Below are positions 25,606-38,500 of a stretch of DNA of 64,000 nt, in pieces (the stretch's first letter is position 1; every line of letters begins with the position of its first letter). The notes beneath the pieces are model-generated. The model saw nothing but the letters and a program-made list of their open reading frames with translations, was not told where the DNA came from and did not search any database. A program made the position numbers and the translations under genes. Origin of the DNA: Phallusia mammillata (Eukaryota). The stretch is taken from NCBI GenBank assembly GCA_965637545.1, contig OZ281500.1, forward strand, positions 8,246,001 through 8,310,000, in the 5' to 3' direction.

Positions 25606-28600
25606 ATTAGAGGTAGACGGGTCAGTTTATACTTTCAAACTTTAAGTTTATCTGCACACTCTTTTTCAACACCGCCGTGATGTTAAGACATCCTCTATTG
25701 GTTTTCACTCTGTTGGATTCAAATTATTATTATCACTTTAGTCCCAACAAGTTTTAGAAAGTTTTTTTGTGGTTTGCTTTTTGGTGCTCGTTATATGGAT
25801 GACGTCAGTTCTGTTCTTGTTAATCTGTTTTCTTTTTATAAAGTACTTGAACTGTTACGACAATCCACGTTAACAAAGGATTTGAATGACCACTTTATTT
25901 GGTGTGTTCGAACCTAGATACGGATTAGCATTTTTATTTCTGGTCACTTTGTATTGATGGTCTTTTTTAGAAACTGCCCCAAATTCCCCAGTGAACTGAA
26001 CATGAAGGTTTCCGTCACAAACATCTATTTTAAATGCGTTTTGTGCAATATTAGCATGAATTAACAAGATGCGGTATGTCGTCATCAGTGTTGAGAACAA
26101 GGCCGTGTGCAATATGATAATTTGTTAATTTCAACCAAACCTAGACCAGATCGAAGTGACCATTAATCAATCAGTTCTTAAAAATTCGCCCTTTGTATTT
26201 TGAAATGCTGACGAAATGCAAAATCAAGTACCGTTCGACCCATACTAAAATATAAGCTCAACGAATGAATGTGGTGGATGTTTATTCAAGAATTATTACT
26301 CTGTAAGATTTATTTCATTCGTCAATTCCTACATTTAAAAAAAATCATAACGTTTTTGCATGCGGTGCGTCGCCAAGCGCTAGAATTGCTATTTTTAGAA
26401 AAGTGAACAACGCAAAGATGTTACATCACATCATGGTCCGATAGTGGGACGTCGAAACGTACGCAAAAATACACAGGTCGTGCAGGAGTGCTATACCGTA
26501 AATTGGTATTATGTGTGACAGAAAAAGCAATGTGGCCCATGTTATCCGTTTGTGGGCATTTAAACTATAACTACAGTTGGTTTATTTGAAATGGAATGAC
26601 TAATTTAGGCACTTCCTTTAATTTTTAGTAGCAAGACCCATAAATTTAATAAATCTTTAAATCGCAAACAAATGTTTTTTTTAATCGACGGTGATTTATA
26701 TTTAGTTTTAAAGATGAAAAATTCATTTGATGCTAGCAGCAAATCGCAGAAAAATATACGTAGTTGTTGGAAAATGACGTAATCGCTGGAATATGACGTA
26801 GTGAATGGAAAGTTTCGCACCGTTTTATTTTCTATGCAAATGTTCTTCATAGAAAGTTTGCAAATAGGTCGCTTCAAGACGCCTGATTAAAATCTACACC
26901 ACAATAATAAATGTCATGTTATTCCTTTTTTGCCGCTTTCAGATTTTTTGGTAATAAATTTGTGCTGGCTTGTCGGTTATGTCGTGAATCAGATACTTCA
27001 ACCTAAACGATATTTAGTTAGACCTCGAATTTATCAACAAAGTTTTCCACTACTGATGTCATATCTAAAAAAGTCATTTTTTTCTAAACATAATACCTGG
27101 TTTAATTCGTTTTCGCTTGGTGGCGAATAACATGCAAAAAAATATTAACGCTTTACCTAAAGTCGAAACTTAAAAGTGGGAAACCTACCTTATGTCACCT
27201 ATCAAATCAAGTAGTGACAACACACGCAATGCTTAAGTTTATGATGCTAAATATAACTTCTCTCGTCAGTGCGCGCGAACATTGGGCTACTGGAAACAAC
27301 GTGAGATTAGCAATGCAAAACTTTCACACCATTTGCATAGAAAAGTAGCACCACATGGGTAACCACCTTTGATAACTGTTGCTTTACGTTTGTTTGCAGT
27401 GATCAAGTTTTTATTTTCATACCTGATGTCATTTTGGAATAGCAGATTCCACTGCTTGGTTAACAAACTAAAGTATCTTAGCTTGGAAATGAACGATCAC
27501 GAGCGCACAAATTGGAAAACGTTTCTAAACGGACAAACGTGTAACGACAATGTGCGTTAAATAAAAACGGCCCTCTATTTTTACATACTTTTTATTTTAA
27601 AGTTTGTACTCCTAAAAATAAGTTAACTGTTTTTAATCTTATGTTAAAAGTTAAATAGTAGCGGGAAATTGCTAAGCATTTTTCTTTGAAATGTTTTGAC
27701 AAACATAGAACAAAATAAAAAATGGAACAAGTTTTTGAAAACTTACAAAAGTTTTTCAAAAGTTTTTTTTAATTTCTTAGTTCATCACCCCCGTTGCATC
27801 GTTGAAAACTCCTGCAGGGGTATTTTTGAGAAATGGAGTAGCAAAGGCGGAACTGGGAAATTACGTTCCTCAAAATTAATTGGAAAAAAATCTTGCGTTT
27901 TCCAGATAAGTTAGAGAAGAAGCAATTTACCATTGCGACAAGCTTTAGGTTTCGAAACATTATGCCCAACCGACTTTTAGTTTAATTGAACATATATTTG
28001 TTTTAAACCTTGTAGATCAGGGTTAGGCAATCGGTTTGAAAAGGATCACATAAAAAACAGAATATACGGTGGAGAGTCGGGTCATATAGGTCATTAAATT
28101 ATCATAAGTTTATTTTAAAAACGAAAACCTTGAATAGCGATGTTTTGCTGACAAATAACAAGTGTACATGTTAAAACTAAACAATTCAAATGTGACGTTT
28201 CTTTACAAAAACGTCGTTTATTATTTGATCAAACTCCTTCAACCAATTTTTTGGCGTATAAGGTAGCCGCCTTCTGTTTTGGCACAACTTTATCTGTAAA
28301 GAAGTTAATTTCACCCTACATAATACCTGGCCATGTTGCCAGGGTTCAATTGTATGACTTAAAGTCACAAACAAATGCTTTGTATATTTTATCAATGTGA
28401 ATATTTCGGTATAATATGTCAATGCCATTAAAAATAACCATTATAACAATATACCAGCCAGAAAACATGTATTGCATGTATAAATAGGCTACAATGTACG
28501 ATTTAAAGTTTTGACATTTTCGATTGAAACAAAATAGCGATAGTTAAACCGTTTTTATAAATGTGTTTAATACATCTCAGACAATCTAATTTTGATTAAG

Positions 28601-29257
28601 CTATTTTAATAAATCAGTGTCTAGCGCTTCTAAGTATAAAATTTAACCACTTCAAACGACAAATTTATTTACAACGCCCTCTTGTCTTATGCATTTTTTG
28701 TTGCGAAATAGAAAACTTTCCCCAACTTGGATGAGCAGGAAACAAAATCTTAATTTAAATGTGCATTTGTCATAATACCTGACGGCAGTAACAAGCAAAG
28801 ACTTATTAAATCTGATTAGATACGTTTTATTTATAAAATTTCAGTTGGCTGTCCCGAAAATTGCATAATCTTCCTTTGTAACCATTGAAATATTTCGCCT
28901 TAATAACATGTAATACTTCATGGTTTATGCTTTTACGGTACCTCGTTGGAATCTTTTTCGATCGCCCTGATTATGATTCAACTGGACAACAAAGCTTGAG
29001 CTTTAATAATTTATTTAAAAAAGGAATAAATCAGCATTCAGTAGCAGATACAACAGAAACAACCTGCAGCAATGGGAACGACAAAAAGCATTATGGACAC
29101 AACGACTGCTCACGATTGTACTATCATAACAAGCAGCATGTGCCGCATAAGCATAACGTTAATAAAAAATTTGTAGGAAAAATAAATAAATATCTCTGAG
29201 AAATATAAAAAGTGCAAAGAATAAAAACGGAAGGTTGTCAGAAGAAGATGATACAAT

Positions 29258-29803
29258 TTAAACGTCTTGAATAAATGATTCCGCGATCGGTTTAATCGTC
29301 AAACCCGATGGAGGACTCGGCGTTAGCAGACCGCGGTCATTTATCAAAATGTTCGACGTGTCGGTTTTGCTGCGCAGAACTCGAAATCCGAGTAGTTTCG
29401 GGATCGACTCGACAATAACATCAGCCATGTCCGGTGATGATGCGGCTCTCACCTTACCGTTGCTTCTTAAAAACCATCTCCTGTTGCTTCCCGGAAACAC
29501 ATACTCAAAAGTGTAACAATCTTCATCGTAGGCACAGCCTTGTTCTCGAGTCCGGCAAATCCATTTTGCCTTTTCTAAGTCCTTGTTTTGAACTGAGACA
29601 AGATCCACCTTACGCCAGAAGCCGGTCTTCCTTGGCACGGCGTAACGACCGCCGATTTTTATGTAGCATTCGTCGTCTGTAGTTGTGGATCGTTTGACTA
29701 GCGTTGATAAAACTCCTCTGATTGAGGCTGTCGAACACAGCGCTGCTTGGAGAATCAGAATAAATGCAATGTTTGCCCAGAATACAATTGTAAATTTGTT
29801 CAT
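29258..29803 (-). CDS. Unrecognised intronless secreted protein, copy B (181 aa)
   Basis: Intact ORF, signal peptide, LVKR site. The core RYAVP...AASSP differs from copy A at only 3 residues. TATA box ATATAAAT about 110 bp upstream. Confidence 0.87.
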   Translation of the reverse strand: MNKFTIVFWANIAFILILQAALCSTASIRGVLSTLVKRSTTTDDECYIKIGGRYAVPRKTGFWRKVDLVSVQNKDLEKAKWICRTREQGCAYDEDCYTFEYVFPGSNRRWFLRSNGKVRAASSPDMADVIVESIPKLLGFRVLRSKTDTSNILINDRGLLTPSPPSGLTIKPIAESFIQDV

Positions 29804-32800
29804 TTCGTCTCACAATAGCTAAAGCTGCACAGATAAAAATATGAATCTGAGATGATGCTTGGTTGGTGAACGAACGCTTCTGATATTATCCACTCCCGCC
29901 AGTGGCTTATTTATATCAAACTGACCAACTTTCCCGGTACCGAATTAGGTGCGTTGAGTAATCACGCACAACGCAGCAGAGAGGCAAGCGAAACTTAGGT
30001 ATAGCTGTTCAAGCTTATTGTACGCATTTTGCACCACGTGTCTATGACAACACCACTAGGGTAACCACCACAGGTAAATCGAATGATTCTGTATTATTTG
30101 AGTTCTGTTTTGCACTCGAGGTAACTGACTACTCAATTTCATGCCTGCACAGCCAAAGCTTTACAACTTTACATACGCCTTGCCTGGAGTAATTTACCCG
30201 CTAACTTAATTGTCAGGGCAGCGACCCGTACTTGCTTTTTCCCTGCACTTTTCCCGCTTGTGCCATGCCCAAAGTAATCGTTACAAATTGTGTTACAGGC
30301 ACCTGGGGGTGATTCGAATTGCGAAAGCATTGCGCGCTATAGGCTTTTCCGGTTTGCAACTACACACGAGCCCAGCAGTACTGCTTCTTCGTTGGCTGTT
30401 GCAGCAGTCAGCGCAACCCTAGTTTCGCAACAGGTGGATTTGACATTTAAGGAAATAGGTAATTTCATTGCTATCGAAAAGAGTTTGAATAGTTAAGTCA
30501 AGGTCGTTGACTTTAGGATGAATATTGTTAAGCATCAGACATTTTTTTTTTAAATTATTATTATTATTTGATTACACAGGCAAAGCAGTAGGTTAAAGCT
30601 ATTCTTAGACGAGTAAAGCAAAGAGTCCGAAAAAATATTTTTTATTTATTACGCGACTTTGATACGTAAAAATCATGCACGTGGAATAGGTCCACCGGCG
30701 GATGCGCCAACAAAAATAGACTATTACGTGCTCTGTGCACATACGCTGCGCTACGTATTGCTGAATCACATCTCTTTACCTGGCTGCTAACTTCTAACTA
30801 CAAACTCATGACGCAGCAAAAGGTAACCTTCGCATATAAGGCGTCTTTTCCACGCAGTCGAACATGCAGGTTTTGCGTAAACTTTAACAAAACTTGGTTT
30901 CACGTTTGATCAACAACAGGAATAGAAACGCGGAAAACACCCTATCGGGCAATTAATCGTGTCTTAATCGCATCCAGGGATCCTGTTGAAGGCAATCACG
31001 CCGCGGGTGCTCACTGCACTCGACTAGTGTCCTTCGACACTCGCGCCGTCTTGTTGTGACCTAGGCCCTGTAGCGCGCGCACGGAACTTGTGCAATGCAA
31101 TGAATGTGCACTTTTGGTTATCGGGCGCGAGAATGATTATGTTTCGCGGCATGCCAACGACTCGCGACAATGCTACGCCAGCGGAGAATGCTAGCATTCC
31201 CATTCGCCACGCGCCGTAGTGTAAGGAATGATCAGGCTGTTCTATATCGTAGCGCCTTACATATTTAGCGCCTTACGGCATGAGGCGACGCCATCGACTG
31301 ACATTCTCCGACTTCTCGGCGTACTTTATACCCAACTTATTAAGCAACAACATTGCAACGGCATTACCCATTCTAGAGCCCTAGTCTGCTCTTTACGTAA
31401 TCGCAACAATTTACGACGTGACGTCTCTTGTATTTACTCGATGTCAATTCTTTGTCTAAAAATTTATATCTATATAAGTCGCAATATATATATATATATA
31501 CTCTTTGTGTACTACGATACGTGATCTATAGCATTGTCCTTGAGCTAATAGGTGACGCATCAATTGCGAATCAAACGCGTTAGTTCGATTTACGTGCCAT
31601 GTCATTCGTTACTGCATTCAAACACGTGTCTGAATCGCTTTTTAAGTAAGAGATCGTGCGTAGATCGAAAAAAACGTTTTTGACTCTGCAAGCTATTTTC
31701 AAGACTCGATCGCCCAAAAATAGTTTACAGGAATCCTATTTAAACCATGTAGATAATTTAAGATGCAAGTTTGTCGAGATAACATTTTTAACCACAGACG
31801 TATTTTCGGTATTCATTTTTAGGTAAATTGCTTTAAAGCCGTTCGGACGCAATCAACAAAGACGTCATATAAGGTATTGCAAAAGCAATCATGAAAACAC
31901 ATCAGACAACGAACAGCCAATTGGAGTTTCTATGAGGCTGATAATAGATTGCCATCAGACAATTGTATCGGCCAAAATGTTTTTCGCCAGATACCCAAAG
32001 CTCCCGACATGGAGTGTTGCAAATGCGATTTTTGTTAAATTTCGTAGTTTGCATTAAGTTTAGTTCAGTTCAGCGACACAAAGTCACCCAAGATTTTGCA
32101 TTTGTTGAGCCAACTGTGTAGCCACGCCTACAGGTTACGTCACGAAAATTGACTCATGCCCACGTGGTATTGCGACGTGTTTTAGCCCAGGGTGGAAATG
32201 TCAGGTTTTTATCATTTGCAAAACGCATTTGTGAATCTAGCTACCTTGTCTGTCGCATAAACCAGTAACAGGTTTCAGGCGGTTGAACGCTGCCAACTCG
32301 GCAAAGTATTTTTGGTTGGCTGATACCTATTTTTGACGCGCCGAAGTAATTGTGGCCCTCGAACTCAACGCATTCCGGGAAAGTAAATGCAGCATGTTTG
32401 TTTCCCATCGAGTTGTACAAAATTCGCAACATTTCTAAGCAAAACCACGTCACGAAAAGCGAAAACGGAACAAACGTATATTTTGGGATTTGTTTGACGT
32501 ATTTCCGACATTCACGTAACACCCGAAAGCAATTGGCGAAAATCAACAGTCTGCCATCGCAGAAAAATGGGGCTATGTATAACATTCGCACGTCGGGGAC
32601 TCCACCTTTTGTCAACTTGTTGCCAAATGTAATTGCCGCTGATTTATTGCTGTCTCCAAATAGTTAACGCCCAACGCTTTAACATTACTTTTTATGAGAC
32701 TGTGTAATCACTGTTCTGTGCAATCAAGCACATGTGAGAAGTACGGGTTTTATTGTAATAGTTAATTATTAACCTCAGTGACGAGAAACTCGTGGTTAAA

Positions 32801-35580
32801 TCCATTGTCGTTTTTTTCTAAAGATCTAGTGTGTTTATCCACTTGTTTTAAAAGCTTACTGGTATTGCTTTTAGGTTTCCTTTTTTCTGACGGATGTCCA
32901 TCGGTCCAGTAAACATTCCAAAATAATCAAAGTAAAGCCTTTGTGCCACAATTCCTGTAAGATCTGTTTGAGTGCTTATCAAACGTGTTTTTGCGAAACT
33001 CGCACAGTTTTATATTCACTATGGACACAGTTATCACTGAATGCCACGAGTGTTTGCATGCAAAGATTATATTATTTATTTACAATACATTGCAACACGA
33101 AAAACACGGATTGATTTAGGTGTACTGAAAGCTTCAGTTTACTAAGTTGTGTTTTTGCGAATTCAGCTTTTCTCAGCCGTAACTTGTGGTGTTACTAAAA
33201 GTCATAAAATTCCTATTAAAAGCAATACATCAGATAATGGTGTTTTGCGTGATTATATTGTTCTTTATATGGCCAAAGCAGGACAGTCAATCGAGACTTG
33301 TATCTGTTTGTCTTGTTTTTGCAGGGGCAATTAAACTCTACAAAACCGTTAAAATCTTTAGATAAAATTTCCATATTACCAGCGCAGAATGTATACGCTT
33401 TGAATCCATATAGCGCTCCAAACTAAAGTTCCCCAACACACTGATCACTGTAGCAAGCGAATTAAGACTAAAGTTGTACAGTTCCATGACGTAATCGTCA
33501 TGAAACCAACGAAAGCACAAACGAACAAAACATTCCAACCAGTCGTGGATCTAAAAGAAACTGACCCTGCAAAACCACCTGCTGATGCAAAAACGTCCAC
33601 TACCTCTGTTGCTTGATCAGAAATCACCACAATAAAAAGCAAATCGTCACCTAGAGATTCGAGAGGAAGACATACGCAAATGTAAGCTTATTGGACGAAA
33701 CAACAGCGGGGTCTATTTTCAGGTCAAACAGAACGTGTGACGTGCCTTAAATGGGTAGACCTGTGTCGTTGCAAGGATTTGGTTGTCAATCTGAAAACCC
33801 ACCACTTCCCAACCCACTCGTATTGCGTCTTGTATGCGGGAATACTTTGTGTATGGCAGGTTTATCCGCGGTTGTTGTATATTTCTGAACTCGCGTTTTG
33901 CTGTAAAAAATGTATTTATCCGTGGGAAATTTTCATACAGTACTCGGAAGGCATGATATTACGATCAGTGAGTGGGCTACTTGTTACGAGGTATCCTAAA
34001 ATCTTCCGTTCATTCACAAATTGGCAAACGAATGATGTAACACACGTCATTGCGTGAGTCAGGACCCTGTACCAGGCCATACGCCATTACGCTATAAATA
34101 TGTTTTGTAATCGCGAAACGTGTCTGTGCAATTTGTACAAACCAAGGGCCCGGTTTTATGGGTCCCGTTAAAAGTATATTAAGGGGTTTGTATTTTCGTC
34201 CTTATGAGGCTGAACTACGTGAGGGTTTTGACCTGTATTGTGCCAAATGAGTTGCTTCCTGTCATAGCGTGAATAAAATAAGATACAAATTGTTGATGCG
34301 ATGTCTTGGTCAACGTTTCACGGAAGTTGTTGCAGAAATGGAAATCTAATTTTGTCATACAAATCAAACAGCCTGCAAACGAAACGAAAAAATAGCAGGA
34401 AATCTTATACACGCGGTAAACCGATTGTACTCCTGCCATGCTGCGCAATATACCATCGCCGCCTTGGAATAATGATAATACTGAAGACGTCATTGCAAGC
34501 GCCCACACGTCATCAAGAGTTCAAACAATGGGATCTTCCCGCCAATTTCTTTGGCCTGTTCCGTAATGGTTCTTCGAATCAAAATGGAAATGAATTGAAC
34601 GGTCAGGTCGCACAAACTGTTGTAACCTTACGCCAGATGAAAGAATATGCATAGATGTGTGACGTAGACTAGTTTGCCAATTTCGTGACGCGCTGAAAGC
34701 GATACGAGTTTACAGGTCGGTGGTGTCGTGAGGGGGGCGATCCGCTGGGGGAAACTGCAACGGGTGTTTTTACTGCAAGTTGCGCATTTACAACGTGACA
34801 AGAGGGAATGCATGGGGGCACAAATGAACAAATTTAGCCAACGTGGACTCTAACCATCCGCTGAACCTATTTCTTGCGCGAACACTTGTTTACCGGAAAA
34901 AGAAGCGACGTTCTAATCGCTGGTGTTATAGGTCAGCGCTGTTTATACGCGATTTCGTGCCTGGATCGCGCAACAGGCAAGCACGGCATCGCTACGCAGC
35001 AAAATTGGGAAAACGCTTGCAATGGGAAAACTATGGCAAGAGAAAGTAACCCGTAACTAACGTAAGAGGTATAAATGACGCAAAGCATATACAGCGGCAT
35101 ACGCCCGACGCGTAAATGAACTTTTAGGAGCGGAATGCCGGTGACGCAACCGACTGCGTGACGTCTTAACGTGTGATGTAATGCGCCTAGCTATATCGAG
35201 ACGCCGTATGGGTGACGAAATAATGCAATGAACAAGAAGGACTGCATTGTGGTGCGGTTAAACGATTATGGGCACCTGACGATTGCTCATGAGACAAAAG
35301 TGAAGTGACATCAATCACACTGCACGAAACAATCGCGCTCAATATAGTCCGACGTTCTCAGGGAGTGATGTGCAATACCAGTAGGAATTACGCAAATGCA
35401 CGTCAAAAATAAAGCAGGTGTACAGAATAACGGGCTGTAAAATTAAAGTCTATTTATAAGTATAAACACGTGATCACTTCACTTCAACATCATTTCAAGC
35501 TCTGACACATTTTGCACTTTTTCACAACGAGTCACTTCGTTCGAACACATTTGCATCAAATACTTTCATCACAACGACGC

Positions 35581-38500
35581 TTACAAATGTGCCGGTTTAG
35601 GTGGAATCACCGGTCGCCAAGTGTTAGCAACAGTAGGATTTGGTTTAAAGCTCAGATGATCCGTAACGCCATTTTCTTCAGATTTAACACCGGTGCCATT
35701 CGCTTGGTTGGTACCGAATTGCGGTTTGCGGGTCCCGACCGGGGGTTTCACTCGGGAATAGGACTTCATCTGTGTACTTTGTCCGAAAAGGCGAGGCGTA
35801 ACTAACGATGAATACGATAATGTAGGTTTTGAGGGAGATGAGTATGATTTCCAATCGTATCCGTTTGTTGAAGTTTCGTTGGTCGCAACACTTGGGGCTT
35901 GGGACAAATCGGGAATGTGATTTTCTGTCGAATGAGGTGACGTTTCGCTCTGCTCGTCCGTAACAAGGGATAAATATTCGGCTGGGGGCGGGGGCGGCAG
36001 GTCGTCGGGTTTCGCGAACGTCCAAGTCGAAACTATTGCGCTGTTGCCACTCGCCACGGTTTCCGTCGCTACAGCGGGAGGCTGGGTAGCATTATCGGGA
36101 CTCGCCCCCAAGTTCGGCGCCATCTTGATATCATCCAGGGGCAACTCGGAGGACTTTGGACTCGTTTGTGTCGCATCATCGGGGGATGGCACTGACTCTG
36201 CGTCATCGAGGTCACTATCGTTTACGTCACTTGACGTAGGAAGGATTGCTACGTCACTAGGCAAGTCAACAGCATGTGGTGCATTGTGGTTGTCAGGCAA
36301 ACTCTCGTGATCCACGTTGCTCGCATTTTCATCATCCAAGCTTTTTTCGTCGTTGGATGTTGCATCATCTGTGTCGTTAACACTGGATAAAGACTTTGAA
36401 AATTCACCTTTGTCGAGGTCAGACACCGTTAAAGTCGCTGGCTCAATCTCGATGTCTGGTTCTGGCTCGGTTAAACCGTCTTGATTATTGACGCTCAACA
36501 GACCATCCGAAAGAACAGGTTCTGCGGAAGGTGGCTCTTGTGGCGTACTCGGTTTTGCTACGTTAACAACATCACTCAAATTATTGTAATCATAGGATGA
36601 ATCATTCGATTCCGAATCAAAACATTTTCCACCGGCAGCAGTCGGTTCTGTTTGTGCTATAGGTGTCAATACGTCATCATTTTCCTCACTTTCATTTTTT
36701 GACACATAACGTGACTCAGCATTTTCCTTACCACCTGTTATTGAAGCGTCACCATCACTGCTTTCCAAATGCGACTCTTCAGCACCCACTTGCGGCTGTG
36801 GAGTAGTGTCGACTTCTTCAAGGTCTTCTGTTGCTGGTGCTTCGAAATCGTTTCGTTGCTCAGCTTTCGAGTCACTTTCTTGTACTGGATCGTTGTTGGT
36901 TTTAAGATATGCAAAAATCTCGCCCATTAATGAACCCTCGCTGCCATTCGAAGCCCTTTCGGGTGTTGGTTGCTCGAAATCCACATCGCTTTCGACGTCG
37001 ACATCATCGTCATCAGAGTGCATATGCCTTAAATCAAGCGGTTCAATTTTGACCGCATCTCTTTCAAAATCGACGCCAATGTCTGAGTCAGATTCAGATT
37101 TATTGGAATGGGTATCTTGATCCGTGATGGGTGATTCAATGGGAGGAGGAGGGACTCTTGGCGGGGGCGGGGCTTTTCGCCTAATGCTGTCTTTCTTATC
37201 TTTAACGCTCTGTTTCTTTACCTCACTATAAACTTGCCTGGAAGCGGGAACTGGAGGTGGATTGTCCTTTGTGGGTTCAACATCATTTTCCTCATCCAAA
37301 TTTTCCGGCTCCTGTGTACTGGATGTTCGGTTGCGGGCAGGTTTTGTCGGTGGTGTCAGATTGCCCCAATTTTCGTAGTCGTGCGTTGTTTTCTCCTCGA
37401 CCTTCTTAGTTTTATTTTCCTCCTCAGAAGGACTCTCATTGCTCTCTCCTGAAGATGCACGAAGCTTTACAGTCTTGATGGCAAGACTGGGTTCCGGCAA
37501 ATGAAAAGCAGCTTGTGTTCCTTTGGGGGAAACGCTTTCGTTCCCAGAATCTGCACTGTGCTTCGACGGTGATCGCTTGATGGAAAAGTCCATAGGTAAT
37601 TGCTGGAAAGTCATAAAGCTTACGGGCCTTGGACTAGCCGTGACTTTTTCTCTCGGACGCATTTGTACCTCTTCGACTGACGTGACGTGTTTTAGCTCTC
37701 CAGGTTGGTCCTTCTCAGTTTCACCGCTGTCAAACACCGAATATGCCCCACTGTTGAGTGTATCACTTGACATAGGAGCCCCAATGTCTCTCGAGCTAAT
37801 GTTTACTGTGTGCGTGTGTCGGCGCTTTTTGCGGGAGAAAAGCCTGAAGAACGAAAATTTCTTAGTAGGTGTAGGTGTGGGCGTAGAATCTGGAGAGCGA
37901 AAGAATCTCCATCTTCCGCTTTTCTTTGCTCCTGGCATTGGATCCCGGTTAAGGGACATCGACGAAGGACTTTTTTCACTTCTAACAGAGTAAGAGTGTG
38001 ATGGTGAAAATATGCTTCGAAAGAACGACTTCTTTTTAGGCTCTTCTTTGTCGCTCAGACCTGTGTCCAGGCTGTAGCTGCGAGAAAGAGAATCGCGACC
38101 AAACCAAGAACGACGGTTTCTCTGCTTCTTAGAGTTTTTCAGACTTTTGTGGCCGCGTGCCAGATCGTTAACAGGCAAAGGACTGCCGATAATTTGTTCC
38201 TCGGGTTCGTTTTGGTCTTCCTCGTTGCCTTCGTTTAGTGAAAGAGAACTTTGTACGAGGTGGTCTTTCAGCTGGTCGCTGGTAAGAGTGTTACGCGTCT
38301 TTTGCGGCTCTTCAGTTGAAACTGTTTCCACCTCTGTGTCCTGAACCACGTCCGGTTTGAAAGACGAAAACCGATGCCTTTTCATTGCAACTGGATGTAG
38401 TTTTGGTGATGCTTCCGAAGATGTAGGTTGATCGATTGTTGCATAGTCTTCCTCTTCTTGTACATCCTTTTCTGTTGCTTCGACTTCTTTGTTCTCTTCT

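Noticed and set aside
27369-27560. ORF with SxxxxDxExxxWxxxxxxQxC spacing matching the secreted family core
   Set aside because: A hand-scored alignment is too weak to exceed chance in a window this size, and there is no signal peptide or family promoter. A profile search should settle it.
32241-33425. Overlapping 124-aa and 105-aa ORFs and exon-like segments (32875-32956, 33325-33425)
   Set aside because: They could not be joined into a phase-consistent, recognisable gene.
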